From Bacteroidota bacterium (GTDB lineage: Bacteria > Bacteroidota > Ignavibacteria > UBA10030), in assembly GCA_016928255.1 (NCBI GenBank), contig JAFGLB010000013.1, positions 1-62,797 on the forward strand: a stretch of DNA of 62,797 nt, read 5' to 3'. Under the pieces are notes generated by a model that was not told the DNA's origin, made no database searches, and saw nothing but the letters and a program-made list of their open reading frames with translations. Made by a program: the position numbers and the translations under genes. Positions 1 to 10,039 of this stretch are shown here, piece by piece. The first letter of the stretch is position 1, and each line of letters begins with the position of its first letter.

Positions 1-690
1 AGCGAGTACCTGAAGGACAAGCACCAGAATATAACCAAAGGCGACTATGTCTGTATCGAAGTGTCGGATACCGGTCAAGGAATGAGCGAAGCCGTGCGTA
101 AACGGATTTTCGAACCTTTTTTTACGACAAAAGAGATCGGGAAAGGAACTGGATTGGGTCTGTCGGTTGTTTTCGGCGTGGTTCAGTCGCATAACGGATT
201 TATCGATGTTGAAAGCGAAGAAGGAAAAGGGACTTCATTTAAAATATTCCTTCCGATGTCGTCTACAATTATACCGGTGAAAGAGAAAAAAGCGGAAACA
301 TATGAAGATATTTCGGGCGGCCATGAAACACTCCTTGTTGTGGAAGATGAAGAAGCTCTCCTTACTTCTCTTCAAATGATGCTGGATGAAAAAGGATATA
401 AGGTTTTAACAGCCGGGGACGGTTTAACGGCAATAAATATTTTCAAAGAAAAGAAAAATGAAATAGACCTTGTAGTAACGGATTTCGGTCTGCCGGGAAT
501 GACCGGACTTGAGGTCAGCCGCCAGACTAAAAACATTAAACCGGAACAGCTCGTTATCCTTGCCACCGGTTATCTGGATCCGGAAATGAAATCTGAATTG
601 CAAAGGGCCGGCGTTATGCATTTTTTGTTTAAGCCGTACGACGTGGTTGAAGTGCTGAAAACGGTGAGAGAAGTGATTGATAAGAAATGA
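1..690 (+). CDS. Hybrid sensor histidine kinase, C-terminal fragment (HATPase_c + REC receiver); 5' end lies outside the window
   Basis: Frame 1 is open from nt 1 (SEYLKDKHQNITKGDYVCIEVSDTGQGM...), so the GTG at 61 is internal. ATP-lid motifs DTGxGM and GKGTGLGLS are present. A receiver follows (LLVVEDEE...VVTDFGLPGMTG...KP). It is paralogous to the C-termini of the kinases ending at 17916 and 46124. Confidence 0.85.
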   Translation, partial: SEYLKDKHQNITKGDYVCIEVSDTGQGMSEAVRKRIFEPFFTTKEIGKGTGLGLSVVFGVVQSHNGFIDVESEEGKGTSFKIFLPMSSTIIPVKEKKAETYEDISGGHETLLVVEDEEALLTSLQMMLDEKGYKVLTAGDGLTAINIFKEKKNEIDLVVTDFGLPGMTGLEVSRQTKNIKPEQLVILATGYLDPEMKSELQRAGVMHFLFKPYDVVEVLKTVREVIDKK

Positions 691-1203
691 TCTTTTTTCT
701 TAATAATACATTTAGTAAATCCTTTCGACCGAAGACGGTAAATAATTAATTCTGTTATTTTGATATGGAAGGTCTGATTAGACGGCCGGATTTTGAGACT
801 TTTCAATATCTGCACTTAGACGTATTCCTATCTCTTTAATTCTCTTTTATAATAGAATTCCGGAAGTATATATAAATCCATCGATTGTCAGATTGATTTT
901 CGCGGTATGAAATGATTGAACCAAATACTACAAAAAACCGGGAGTAGAAATAGGAATGTACTGACACGATAATGATGACAGGCGGTTTGTTATAATACGG
1001 CAGATTTTATATTTGCAGCTTTATAAGTTTAAATAGATTTGTGAGGATTATTGGACAGGATAAAAATGAACGGCGCTAAAAACATAGAGAGGAGGACTAT
1101 GAACCTGCAAAATACTGCCGCATCAGCGAGAAGTTATTTCAATTTTCGACATAATAAATAAAGACGCCATGAACACTGTGTAACAGAAAGGAAGGAACTG
1201 ACT

Positions 1204-1698
1204 ATGGAAAGCGAAAAAAAAGAGATAGTTAAACAGTATATCGAGAATATCCTGAATACCGGCGATGCCGAAAAAATATCGAAATTCATCTCACCTCACT
1301 ATACAGAAATCCTTAATAACAAAAGATACCGTTTGGGACTCAAAGGTATTGAGAAAAAAATTGCCGGCATACGTGAAATATATCCGGACTTAAAGTTGTC
1401 TATCGATTTGCAGATTACTGAAGGAGATTGGGTTATAACAAGTTATGTAATGAACGGAACACGACTCGGAAGCTGCATGGGTATCAAACCCACTGGCAAA
1501 CCTGTTGAAGTCCGCGGAATCAACATAAACAGGGTTGTCGACGGAAAAATAACAGAACATGGGAGCAGTACCGATCTTCTCGATCCTTTAATAGAAACCA
1601 GTCAGCATTCTAAAAACTGGATTCAAGATACTCTGCACAAGAGAATTTTTATGGCCAATGAAGAGGCTGCTGCGATATGTGAAGCCGGCGCCGTTTGA
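1204..1698 (+). CDS. SnoaL-like / predicted ester cyclase family protein
   Basis: 164 aa. The N-terminal pattern (KQYIENILNTGDAEKISKFISPHYTE ... GDWVITSYVMNGT ... ITEHG) is typical of SnoaL_2/ester-cyclase folds. An intrinsic terminator follows. Confidence 0.55.
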   Translation: MESEKKEIVKQYIENILNTGDAEKISKFISPHYTEILNNKRYRLGLKGIEKKIAGIREIYPDLKLSIDLQITEGDWVITSYVMNGTRLGSCMGIKPTGKPVEVRGININRVVDGKITEHGSSTDLLDPLIETSQHSKNWIQDTLHKRIFMANEEAAAICEAGAV

Positions 1699-1720
1699 CT
1701 AATAAAGTATTCCTTCCAAA

Positions 1721-1752
1721 GAGGTGTCTGCGAAAGCGGACACCTCTTTTTT
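1721..1752 (+). terminator. Rho-independent terminator
   Basis: gaggtgtctgc-GAAA-gcggacacctc forms an 11-bp stem including one G-U pair, with a GAAA tetraloop. It is followed by tttttt and lies 23 nt after the stop at 1698. Confidence 0.7.
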
Positions 1753-1986
1753 GTTCAACAGCTGTTAATCCATCTTTTTCAGATAAAATAATTCTACTCT
1801 GAAAAAACACGGCAAATATTCTTAGTATATAGAATGTACTACGTATTAATCCTGCTATATATCTTGTTTTGCATTAGGTGCTATGTTTATCGTATTGTTT
1901 GTGACAGATGGTATTGCATTTTATGTCTAATATTCTAACCTTTGTTTCAAATTACTGTTGTCTATTCATAATTAGGAGCAACTGCA

Positions 1987-3816
1987 ATGAGAATAACAGC
2001 ATTTCTATTTTTATTTTCGTTTTCGTATCTACTCATAATTTCAGGATGCAGCGGAGACAGTGATTTAATTTTGCCTGTTAATATACCTGTCAGCGGGGGA
2101 ATATGGTATTGGCAGAATCCTCTACCTCAAGGGAACACCTTATGTGCAGTGAAATTTATTAATGCTGATATCGGTTATGCTTCAGGGGTATCAGGAACAA
2201 TTCTCCGAACAACCGACGGGGGAACTAATTGGGTTATACAAGAAATCGGAGAAGAGCGCACGCTGTACGATTTCTCATTCGTAGATGCAAATATTGGTAC
2301 CCTGGTTGGTTCTGATGGAACCATTTTACGTACAATAGACGGGGGAACAAGTTGGAATGCGCAAAAAAGCGGAACCACTTATGACTTGTATTGTGTTTCA
2401 TTTACAGACGTAAATAATGGCATTGCGGCCGGTGCTAACGGAACAATACTCCGAACCACAAATGGGGGAGCTGACTGGATAGGTCAAATTAGCGCAACGG
2501 CCGAAATCTTATATGATATTCACTTCTCTGATGCAAATAGCGGCACTGCAGTTGGAGGTAAAGGAGTTATAATCCGAACGACAAATGGAGGAACAAGCTG
2601 GAATGCACAGGCAAGCGGAACAACAGAGACGCTGAGGAGTGTATCTTTTTCAGGCGCAAATATCGGCATCGCATTTGGTGATGAAACGACTGTTCTCCGT
2701 ACAACGAACGGAGGAACAGAATGGACTGCCCAAACGGGTGTGCTGAGATCTGACTATTATTGTTTTACTTTCACAGATGCGTACGAAGGTACTGCAGTCG
2801 GCTCCAATGGAGCTATAATCCGAACAACGAACGGGGGAACAAGCTGGACGACTCAACAATTCGGCACATCAGATCGACTATACAGCGTTTCGTTTATTGA
2901 CGGAAGTAAAGGCTTTGCAGTCGGTGCGTATGGAGTGATAATTGGAACTACAAACGGAGGAACAAGCTGGACCCAGAAATCAAGCGGATACACAGATGAT
3001 TTAAATGATGTATCGTTTGCCGATGCAAATAACGGAATTGCAGTAGGTAATAAAGGATTAATACTTAAAACAACAAATGGAGGAACAAGCTGGAGCTCCC
3101 AATCAAGCGGGATCGGCGTTGATTTGAGCGGCATCTGTCTGATAGATGCAAACACCGGCACTGCAGTAGGCAGGAACGGTGTTATTCTGCGTACCGTCGA
3201 CGGAGGAGAAAACTGGTTGACTCAAACAAGCGGGACAACAAGAGATTTGCTTGAAGTTAAATTTATAGATTCAAATAACGGCACTGCAGTTGGCCACAAC
3301 GGGACTATTCTCCGAACGGTAAACGGAGGGTCGAACTGGACTACACAGACAAGCGGAGTAAATAATTCGTTTTATGCAGTTTCATTTTCAGATGCAAATA
3401 ATGGCAATGTAGCAGGTACGGGAGGCATAATTCTCCGTACAATCAATGGTGGAACCAATTGGTTTGCACAAACAAGCGGAACGACAAATCTTTTATACGG
3501 TTTATCGTTTGCAGATGCAAACAACGGCACAGCGGCAGGCTTAAATGGCGAGATTCTGCATACAACAGACGGAGGTACGAACTGGGTTGCACAAACAAGC
3601 GGAACGGGAAGTGCATTATACTCTGTTGATTTTTTAGATATAAATAATGGTATTATAACCGGCCAAAGCGGTACAATACTCAGAACATCAGACGGCGGAA
3701 GTAATTGGGTGCCGGAAAAAAGCTTTTCAATATCCAGTTTAAATGCTGTTTCGTTTATTGATTTAAGCAATTCTACCGCGGTGGGTTATAAGGGAACAAT
3801 TCTGCGCAGGAAGTAA
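1987..3816 (+). CDS. Lipoprotein with about 14 BNR/Asp-box (Ycf48-like) beta-propeller repeats
   Basis: A lipobox is present (LLIISG|C). There are 13 full copies of G(T/A)ILRT(T/V)(D/N)GG(T/S)xW spaced about 39-40 aa apart, plus a truncated 14th copy (GTILRRK) at the C-terminus. Confidence 0.75.
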   Translation: MRITAFLFLFSFSYLLIISGCSGDSDLILPVNIPVSGGIWYWQNPLPQGNTLCAVKFINADIGYASGVSGTILRTTDGGTNWVIQEIGEERTLYDFSFVDANIGTLVGSDGTILRTIDGGTSWNAQKSGTTYDLYCVSFTDVNNGIAAGANGTILRTTNGGADWIGQISATAEILYDIHFSDANSGTAVGGKGVIIRTTNGGTSWNAQASGTTETLRSVSFSGANIGIAFGDETTVLRTTNGGTEWTAQTGVLRSDYYCFTFTDAYEGTAVGSNGAIIRTTNGGTSWTTQQFGTSDRLYSVSFIDGSKGFAVGAYGVIIGTTNGGTSWTQKSSGYTDDLNDVSFADANNGIAVGNKGLILKTTNGGTSWSSQSSGIGVDLSGICLIDANTGTAVGRNGVILRTVDGGENWLTQTSGTTRDLLEVKFIDSNNGTAVGHNGTILRTVNGGSNWTTQTSGVNNSFYAVSFSDANNGNVAGTGGIILRTINGGTNWFAQTSGTTNLLYGLSFADANNGTAAGLNGEILHTTDGGTNWVAQTSGTGSALYSVDFLDINNGIITGQSGTILRTSDGGSNWVPEKSFSISSLNAVSFIDLSNSTAVGYKGTILRRK

Positions 3817-3871
3817 TAAATTTATATCGGCATTTTTCTGGATTATGATAATTATTTCCGGAATATAATTT

Positions 3872-5014
3872 ATGAAAAGAGTTATTTTACTGCTGGAAAC
3901 TTCGCGTGCCTTCGGAAGGCAGTTAATTTCAGGTGTTGCCAGATACTCCCGGCTTAATACTACCTGGACTTTTTTTAAAGAGCCGATAGATCTGAAATCG
4001 TCAATTCCGAATTTAACAAAATGGAAGCCTGACGGTATTATAATGCGCGATACATTGATTACAAAAGAAATGCTGAAATTGAAAGTCCCGACGATTTTTG
4101 CTCCTCATTTTATCAACTATCCTAAAAACATACCGATAATAATCACGGATTCCTCTTCAACCGCGAGGATGGCAAGCAGGCATTTTATTGAAAAAGGATT
4201 CAAGAACCTCGCGTATTGCGGTTTCGACGGTATAGTATGGTCTGAAGAACGCGAATTTTATTTTGACCGATTTAACAGTGAGTGCGGTATTAAAACTCAT
4301 CATTATATCCCGTTAAAAAGAAACATACCGGGCGGCTGGGAAAAGGAACAGCAGCATATTTGTAAATGGATCAAAAAACTGCCGAAACCTGTGGGAATAC
4401 TTGCCTGCAATGACGACCGGGGGCAGCATATACTGGAAGTCTGCAAATTGACAAATATTAAAGTCCCGGAAGAGGCAGCAGTCTTAGGTGTTGATAACGA
4501 TGAAATAGTCTGCGAATTTGCGGACCCGCCTCTTTCCAGTATTGCCCTGAATGTTGAAACAGCGGGATTTGAGGCGGCAAAGCTACTGGATAAAATGATG
4601 AGTACCGGAAAAAAAATTAACAGCAGGCAAATAGTTGCCATGCCGAGTCATATTGTCCAGAGGCAATCGTCGGATATACTTGCAGTAGACGATCAAGAGG
4701 TCGCTCGTGCAATTCAGTATATAAAGAATAACGCAAAGAATAAGATTATGGTTAAAGATGTCGTGGATGCTACCAGCAGCGGCAGGCGGGCATTGGAAAA
4801 GAAGTTCAACGAGACTATCCACAGAACAATTTATAATGAAATTCAGCAGGTTCGCGTTGAGCTGATTTCAAAATTACTTATAGAAACAAACATGCCTGTT
4901 TCCCAGATAACCTCCCTTTTCAATTTTACCGATGTTGAGCATATTTCCCGTTTTTTTAAAAAGGAAAAGGGAATCGGCCTGCGTGAATTCCGTAAAATTC
5001 ATAAACCCCACTGA
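3872..5014 (+). CDS. xylR: XylR-family regulator (periplasmic-binding-protein-like sugar sensor + AraC-type HTH)
   Basis: 380 aa. It aligns by eye with E. coli XylR along its length (KRVILLLETSRAFGRQLISGV...; GILACNDDRGQHILEVCKLTNIKVPEEAAVLGVDNDE...; C-terminal AraC HTH). A paralog lies at 25962-27104. Confidence 0.75.
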   Translation: MKRVILLLETSRAFGRQLISGVARYSRLNTTWTFFKEPIDLKSSIPNLTKWKPDGIIMRDTLITKEMLKLKVPTIFAPHFINYPKNIPIIITDSSSTARMASRHFIEKGFKNLAYCGFDGIVWSEEREFYFDRFNSECGIKTHHYIPLKRNIPGGWEKEQQHICKWIKKLPKPVGILACNDDRGQHILEVCKLTNIKVPEEAAVLGVDNDEIVCEFADPPLSSIALNVETAGFEAAKLLDKMMSTGKKINSRQIVAMPSHIVQRQSSDILAVDDQEVARAIQYIKNNAKNKIMVKDVVDATSSGRRALEKKFNETIHRTIYNEIQQVRVELISKLLIETNMPVSQITSLFNFTDVEHISRFFKKEKGIGLREFRKIHKPH

Positions 5015-5023
5015 TATTACATA

Positions 5024-5087
5024 GTGCGTTATTTGGTTACTCTTTAGCTAATAATGGCTGGTAAAGTAAATTCTTACATTATATATT
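5024..5087 (+). promoter_or_regulatory. Conserved intergenic box, copy 1 (GTGCGTT..TGGTTACT..CTAA...TGGCT, then ATTATATATT); candidate promoter/operator
   Basis: The 36-nt core at 5024-5059 matches 5363-5398 at 28/36 positions without gaps. The GCTAATnnTGGCT and ATTATATATT sub-boxes recur on the minus strand at 25904-25948. Confidence 0.35.
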
Positions 5088-5207
5088 AAACCAATCTTGT
5101 TCGGTATATCGTAACTTTCAAGAACACTGCAATTAATTTTCAGTATGGAAGTTAGCTATGTTGGATAAGGTTATTTGCGTAATTAATCTTCTTCATATTA
5201 CTCTAAG

Positions 5208-5242
5208 GCGAACCGGTTAAACAGCCGGTTCGCTTTTTTTTT
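5208..5242 (+). terminator. Orphan Rho-independent terminator (no annotated gene ends here)
   Basis: gcgaaccgg-ttaaacag-ccggttcgc gives a 9-bp stem followed by T9. It lies about 195 nt downstream of the xylR stop. The arms are nearly identical to those of the terminator at 7763-7799. Confidence 0.6.
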
Positions 5243-5362
5243 AATCTGTTGTATAACTTCGCTTGAAAAATTTTTGGCAGCGATAATACGGCCTTTTTGC
5301 CTGATGTAATGGGCTCAATCAGCGTTGATCAATAAAGCCCAAAAATCCTGCTGTAATTATTT

Positions 5363-5398
5363 GTGCGTTTTCTGGTTACTATTTGTCTAAATTTGGCT
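5363..5398 (+). promoter_or_regulatory. Conserved intergenic box, copy 2
   Basis: 28/36 identity to 5024-5059. It is followed by tatatttatttc and lies about 590 nt upstream of the GH11 start codon. Confidence 0.35.
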
Positions 5399-5987
5399 AT
5401 CTACTCTAGAGCTTCATTTCTATATTTATTTCAAAGTTCATCCCCGATTTTCAGAAGTGCTCTATCGTAGTTTATAAGATGACATGTAAAATGGATTTGA
5501 AACGTTTATCATATTTGTTTTGATGATTCTTTCAGTTCGATGAATGTGTTAATGCATAAACTACCGGTAGAAACAGAGATATTTTGAATAAATCTACCAT
5601 TGTGAAATAAAATATTTTTCAACTGTAACCGTATTATTGTACAAAAGTTGGACAGGAGCAGTACTGCACGCATATTGTGTATCCGAGAAATAAAGACTGC
5701 TCGAAGAAGTAACAGGCGCGTAAATTCATAAGTTGAAATAAAAAAATATACTGTTGAATTAAGAACGAATCCTTAATATTTATTTAAAAGGATACGGTTG
5801 TGCTTCTAAAACCGACTAAATGTTGTCTGCAGATAGGAGATTGTTTTCAGCATACCCCGGTATTGTACGTTCGCTGTACAGGCCCGCCTGTAACTCTTAT
5901 ACCTGAAGAAAATTCACAAATTAAATCTTTTTTTAAAGGTAATTCCTAATCAACAAAATATTCACTTAACTGAAAGGTGGTATATTT

Positions 5988-7742
5988 ATGAGGCTCAATA
6001 TTACAATAACATGTGTATTAGCTGTGCTGTTGATAGCGGCGTTCGGGCAGGAATCCAATGCCCAGACTATAACCTCTAATCAGACCGGCACCAATAACGG
6101 CTTTTACTATTCATATTGGAAGGATGGTGGGTCAGCATCCATGACTTTGGGATCTAATGGCAATTATAGTGTCAATTGGAATTTGGGTAATTCCTATAAT
6201 TTTGTCGGCGGTAAAGGCTGGAGTACCGGATCATCATCCAGGGTAATAAGCTACAATGCCGGTGTCTGGTCACCGTCCGGTAATGCATATTTGTGTCTCT
6301 ATGGATGGACGAGAAACCCGCTTATAGAATATTATGTTGTTGATAGCTGGGGCAGCTGGAGGCCGCCTGGAGCATCGTCATCAGGCACCGTCAGCAGTGA
6401 CGGCGGTACATATGACTTATACCGGACCCAGAGAGTCAACCAACCTTCTATTGATGGCACTCAAACTTTTTATCAGTACTGGAGTGTCCGGACGTCGAAA
6501 AGAGGTACGGGAAGCAGCGCCAGTATCACTTTTAGCAATCACGTTAACGCATGGAAAAATAAAGGCTGGAATCTTGGGGGGCATGTTTACCAGATAATGG
6601 CAACAGAGGGATATCAAAGTAGCGGGAACTCTAACGTAACGGTGTGGGAAGGCGGCAGCAGCAGCTCAAGCAGCAGCAGCTCAAGCAGCAGTTCGTCATC
6701 AAGCAGTAGCAGCAGCGGCGGTTCCAACACGATTGTTGTAAGGGCCCGCGGAACAGCTGGAAGCGAAAGCATTCAGTTACGTGTGAATAACAGCACCATT
6801 GCTACATGGACATTAAGCACCAGTATGTCAAACTATACTGCGTCAACAAATTCAACCGGCGGTATTACGGTGAATTTCACTAACGATCAAAGCGGACGCG
6901 ACGTACAGATCGATTATATAACAGTAAACGGCAGTACACGTCAGGCTGAAAACCAGAGCACAAATACCGGTGTATGGCAGAATAACAAGTGCGGCGGTTC
7001 AAACAGTGAATGGCTGCATTGTAACGGGTATATCGGATTCGGCGATGTTTCCGGCAGCAGCAGCTCGAGCAGCAGTTCAAGCAGCTCATCGTCCAGCAGC
7101 AGCGGCGGTTCCAATACTATCGTTGTAAGGGCACGCGGAACAAGCGGCCAGGAACATATTAGGGTAACTGTCGGCGGGACTGAATACGGCTCATGGACTA
7201 TTGGTACCGGTTATGGGAATTGGTCTTGCACAACAAGTGCAACCGGCGGCATCAATGTTTATTTTGATAATGATGCCAGCGGACGCGATGTCCAGATTGA
7301 CTATATTACCGTAAACGGAAGCACTCGTCAGGCTGAAAACCAGGGAACAAATACCGGTGTATGGCAAAACAATAAATGCGGCGGTTCAAACAGTGAATGG
7401 CTGCATTGCAACGGATATATCGGATTTGGCAATGTTGCAAAATCCGGGAAAGAGGAAACAGCTCAACTGCTTATTCCGAAAGGTTATACTCTAGAACAGA
7501 ACTATCCAAATCCGTTCAATCCAACTTCAACTATCACGTTTACGATACCGGAGAATAATTATGTTTCGTTGAAGGTGTATAACTCCCTCGGGCAGGAAAT
7601 TACCGAACTGGCCGGGAGAGAGTATTCAGCCGGACGGCATTCAGTAATATTCAATGCCGCCAATCTGGCAAGCGGAGTGTATTACTACGCTATTAAAGCG
7701 GGAGAGTTTAACATGGTTGAAAAGATGATACTGCAGAAGTAA
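5988..7742 (+). CDS. Secreted GH11 endo-1,4-beta-xylanase with two tandem carbohydrate-binding modules and a T9SS-type C-terminal sorting domain
   Basis: A signal peptide is present. The GH11 hallmarks are [41 protein letters not shown] and [17 protein letters not shown]. Two poly-Ser linkers (about 6651-6723 and 7051-7108) each precede an approximately 110-aa module (IVVRARGT...[20 protein letters not shown]...[14 protein letters not shown]). These modules may be CBM36/60-like. The CTD ([14 protein letters not shown]...VYYYAIKAG) spans about 7491-7739. Confidence 0.9.
   Translation: MRLNITITCVLAVLLIAAFGQESNAQTITSNQTGTNNGFYYSYWKDGGSASMTLGSNGNYSVNWNLGNSYNFVGGKGWSTGSSSRVISYNAGVWSPSGNAYLCLYGWTRNPLIEYYVVDSWGSWRPPGASSSGTVSSDGGTYDLYRTQRVNQPSIDGTQTFYQYWSVRTSKRGTGSSASITFSNHVNAWKNKGWNLGGHVYQIMATEGYQSSGNSNVTVWEGGSSSSSSSSSSSSSSSSSSSSGGSNTIVVRARGTAGSESIQLRVNNSTIATWTLSTSMSNYTASTNSTGGITVNFTNDQSGRDVQIDYITVNGSTRQAENQSTNTGVWQNNKCGGSNSEWLHCNGYIGFGDVSGSSSSSSSSSSSSSSSSGGSNTIVVRARGTSGQEHIRVTVGGTEYGSWTIGTGYGNWSCTTSATGGINVYFDNDASGRDVQIDYITVNGSTRQAENQGTNTGVWQNNKCGGSNSEWLHCNGYIGFGNVAKSGKEETAQLLIPKGYTLEQNYPNPFNPTSTITFTIPENNYVSLKVYNSLGQEITELAGREYSAGRHSVIFNAANLASGVYYYAIKAGEFNMVEKMILQK
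6651..7434 (+). repeat. Tandem in-frame duplication (period 387 nt) of the poly-Ser linker + CBM module
   Basis: 6891-7043 and 7278-7430 (153 nt each) align without gaps. By eye they are roughly 85-90% identical, and the differences fall mostly at third codon positions. Confidence 0.85.
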
Positions 7743-7762
7743 TCCGGTCTGTATTAATCTGA

Positions 7763-7799
7763 GGCGAATCGGCCGGCAAACCGGTTCGCCTTTTTTTTT
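7763..7799 (+). terminator. Rho-independent terminator of the xylanase gene
   Basis: ggcgaatcgg / ccggttcgcc forms a 10-bp stem with one G-U pair, followed by T9. It lies 21 nt after the stop codon. Confidence 0.75.
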
Positions 7800-7971
7800 A
7801 TTCTTTTTTGATTAATCGATTCATAACATTGTTAAAATGCTATGACGGAAAAAAAACTGTCTTTCCGGTCTAGTGACATTTATTCGCTTCGCACACAGTA
7901 TTTTATTCCTTTTACTTTCAGAAAATTAATACGAAATTCATAAATAATAACAAGACGGAATTTATAGAGCT

Positions 7972-9327
7972 ATGCAAAAGAAAACCGATAAGCCAAAGAT
8001 GATCCTGCCTAAATCTCCGACTTCGATGACTATCAACTGGATTGCTGTATTTGTTTTTATCTACAGCCTTTCCCAGATTAAGAATTTCAACTTATCCGAA
8101 GTGGAAGCGGCGGTATTATCCATGCTCGCGCTGGCTCTGCCGATAATTCTTCTTGAATATGTATTTTTGAAAACGTACAGCCGGCCTTCGACGGGATTGA
8201 ATTTTAAAATCAGGAATACAATCGATTTAAAAAGAGTAACAATCGGGGTAACCGGTTTGTACGGTACGATTGGATTTGTTGCGCTCGTCTACTGGTTGTT
8301 TCCTGTTTACAATTCGGATCCATTCTTTGATAATTATTGGATTTTTGCCAAATATGTCGCCGTCATTCTGCTTGCAGGAGGTATTCCATATTTTATTGTT
8401 CTTGATAAATTCATGGTTGAGCCCCGCGACAGCTACTGGCATTTTGGAATGTTTATTTTAGGCCAGTGGAAGAAAGCTGATATTAAAACAGTCAGGCAGC
8501 ATATACTGGGATGGACTGTAAAACTGTTCTTTCTTCCGCTGATGTTTTCCTATCTGATTAATAATCTTAATTTTATCAAGACTATGGATTTTTCAGAGGC
8601 GAAACAGTATTTCCCTTATATGTATGATTATCTTTATAATCTCATATTCACTGTCGACCTGGCGTTTGTAAGCGTAGGGTATTTGATGACAATGAAAATT
8701 TTTGATTCCCAGATACGTACGGCTGAACCTACCATACTGGGCTGGATTGTGGCACTGCAATGCTACCAGCCGTTCTGGGGTTTTTCATCGGGTAATTATC
8801 TGCGGTATGATGATGATTACCATTGGGTGCATTTGTTTAACGAGAATGAATTATTATATACTTTTTGGGGAGTGTCTATACTGATTTTATTGTTTATTTA
8901 TGTCTGGGCATCAATCGTCTTCGGCCTGCGCTTCTCCAATTTGACCAATAGAGGGATCCTGACAAATGGCCCCTACAGGTTTTGTATGCACCCGGCTTAT
9001 GTGAGCAAGAATCTTTCCTGGTGGTTGGTTTCCATCCCTTTTATATCACAGGCAGGCCCCTGGGAAGCAATTCGGCATTCAGCGCTGTTACTTCTTCTGA
9101 ATATAATCTATTATATCAGGGCTGTCACTGAAGAACGGCATTTATCCCAGGATCCGAATTATGTAAAGTACGGCCTGGCTATGAACAAACTGAGCGTGTT
9201 CAGAAAACTCTTTAGAATATTCCCATTTTTAAAATATAATCCGGAAAAATATTTGGGACAATTAGAAGACTATTCTAGTTTCACTGTTCCTAAATCGGCG
9301 GCGGTGCGAGAGAGGGTTAATAATTGA
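7972..9327 (+). CDS. Polytopic membrane protein with a C-terminal ICMT/PEMT-like methyltransferase domain
   Basis: 451 aa with many hydrophobic segments. The C-terminal motifs (GILTNGPYRFCMHPAYVSKNL ... TEERHLSQDPNYVKYG) resemble the isoprenylcysteine carboxyl / phospholipid methyltransferase family. Confidence 0.5.
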   Translation: MQKKTDKPKMILPKSPTSMTINWIAVFVFIYSLSQIKNFNLSEVEAAVLSMLALALPIILLEYVFLKTYSRPSTGLNFKIRNTIDLKRVTIGVTGLYGTIGFVALVYWLFPVYNSDPFFDNYWIFAKYVAVILLAGGIPYFIVLDKFMVEPRDSYWHFGMFILGQWKKADIKTVRQHILGWTVKLFFLPLMFSYLINNLNFIKTMDFSEAKQYFPYMYDYLYNLIFTVDLAFVSVGYLMTMKIFDSQIRTAEPTILGWIVALQCYQPFWGFSSGNYLRYDDDYHWVHLFNENELLYTFWGVSILILLFIYVWASIVFGLRFSNLTNRGILTNGPYRFCMHPAYVSKNLSWWLVSIPFISQAGPWEAIRHSALLLLLNIIYYIRAVTEERHLSQDPNYVKYGLAMNKLSVFRKLFRIFPFLKYNPEKYLGQLEDYSSFTVPKSAAVRERVNN

Positions 9328-9346
9328 TCTGAAATAATTTCGGTAT

Positions 9347-10039
9347 TCAATTTCCCTGAGTTCCGAAAATCGTGATTTTAACTTCCACGGCGGTATGATC
9401 CTTATAATCCGTTATTATATATAAAGCTTCGTTGACAAGTCCCGGCTTTTCAGGTGTTATGGTCAGATCTACGTTCAGGGTGTCATCGGGCCTGAGATAT
9501 TTTTTATCCATTCTAACGGTAATTGATGATGAAGATGTACTGTCGCGGTGAATGACGATCGGCGATCCGGAAATATTTTTCAACGATATCTTTTTTGCGG
9601 CAGGATTTTTAATCACCGCGTTTTCAATTAAATATATATGGTTCGAGCCGGCAGTCGACAGCAGCGTTTCCTTAATATCTGCAGATATTTTTATATCGAG
9701 AGATTTTGCACCGGGATCATTTGTTTCAACGTTGATATATTTTTCCGCCTTTTCAGGAGAACCGAAAAGTCTGAACACGTATTCGATGTAATCAGATTCG
9801 CCCGGCCTGAGAAATTCCTTGGGCTTTTTTACAGTTGTGCACCCGCAGGATGATCCCACATATTCTATGTGCAGCGGTTCATTGCCCGTATTCTTTATTA
9901 TTATTTTTCCGGTTCTTTTATCTCCGCTGTATAATGTTCCAAGATCGATTTCATGTTTATCGATAAAAACCTTCGGCTGCGAGAAAGCAATACCGGCGAT
10001 TAAAAATATTGCTGCAATGGATTTAAAAACAAGTTTCAT
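9347..10039 (-). CDS. DUF1573 domain-containing secreted protein
   Basis: A signal peptide is present. The DUF1573 signature is LGTLYSGDKRTGKIIIKNTGNEPLHIEYVGSSCGCTT. Confidence 0.75.
   Translation of the reverse strand: MKLVFKSIAAIFLIAGIAFSQPKVFIDKHEIDLGTLYSGDKRTGKIIIKNTGNEPLHIEYVGSSCGCTTVKKPKEFLRPGESDYIEYVFRLFGSPEKAEKYINVETNDPGAKSLDIKISADIKETLLSTAGSNHIYLIENAVIKNPAAKKISLKNISGSPIVIHRDSTSSSSITVRMDKKYLRPDDTLNVDLTITPEKPGLVNEALYIITDYKDHTAVEVKITIFGTQGN

Noticed and set aside
2175-3770. Series of antisense ORFs (2175-2378, 2650-2859, 2853-3161, 3372-3770) with repeated LVPPS/VVRRIVP motifs
   Set aside because: They are the reverse-complement reading of the BNR repeats (GGTxW / ILRTT), so the periodicity is inherited. 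The sense ORF has a lipobox and a complete repeat architecture.
6334-6597. 87-aa plus-strand ORF, and antisense ORFs at 6417-6617 and 6880-7089, inside the GH11 gene
   Set aside because: These are alternative-frame shadows of a confidently identified GH11/CBM coding sequence, with no independent signals.
6651-7108. (AGC)n-rich tracts considered as a microsatellite or CRISPR-like repeat
   Set aside because: They are in frame and encode poly-Ser interdomain linkers of the xylanase. There is no spacer/repeat organisation.
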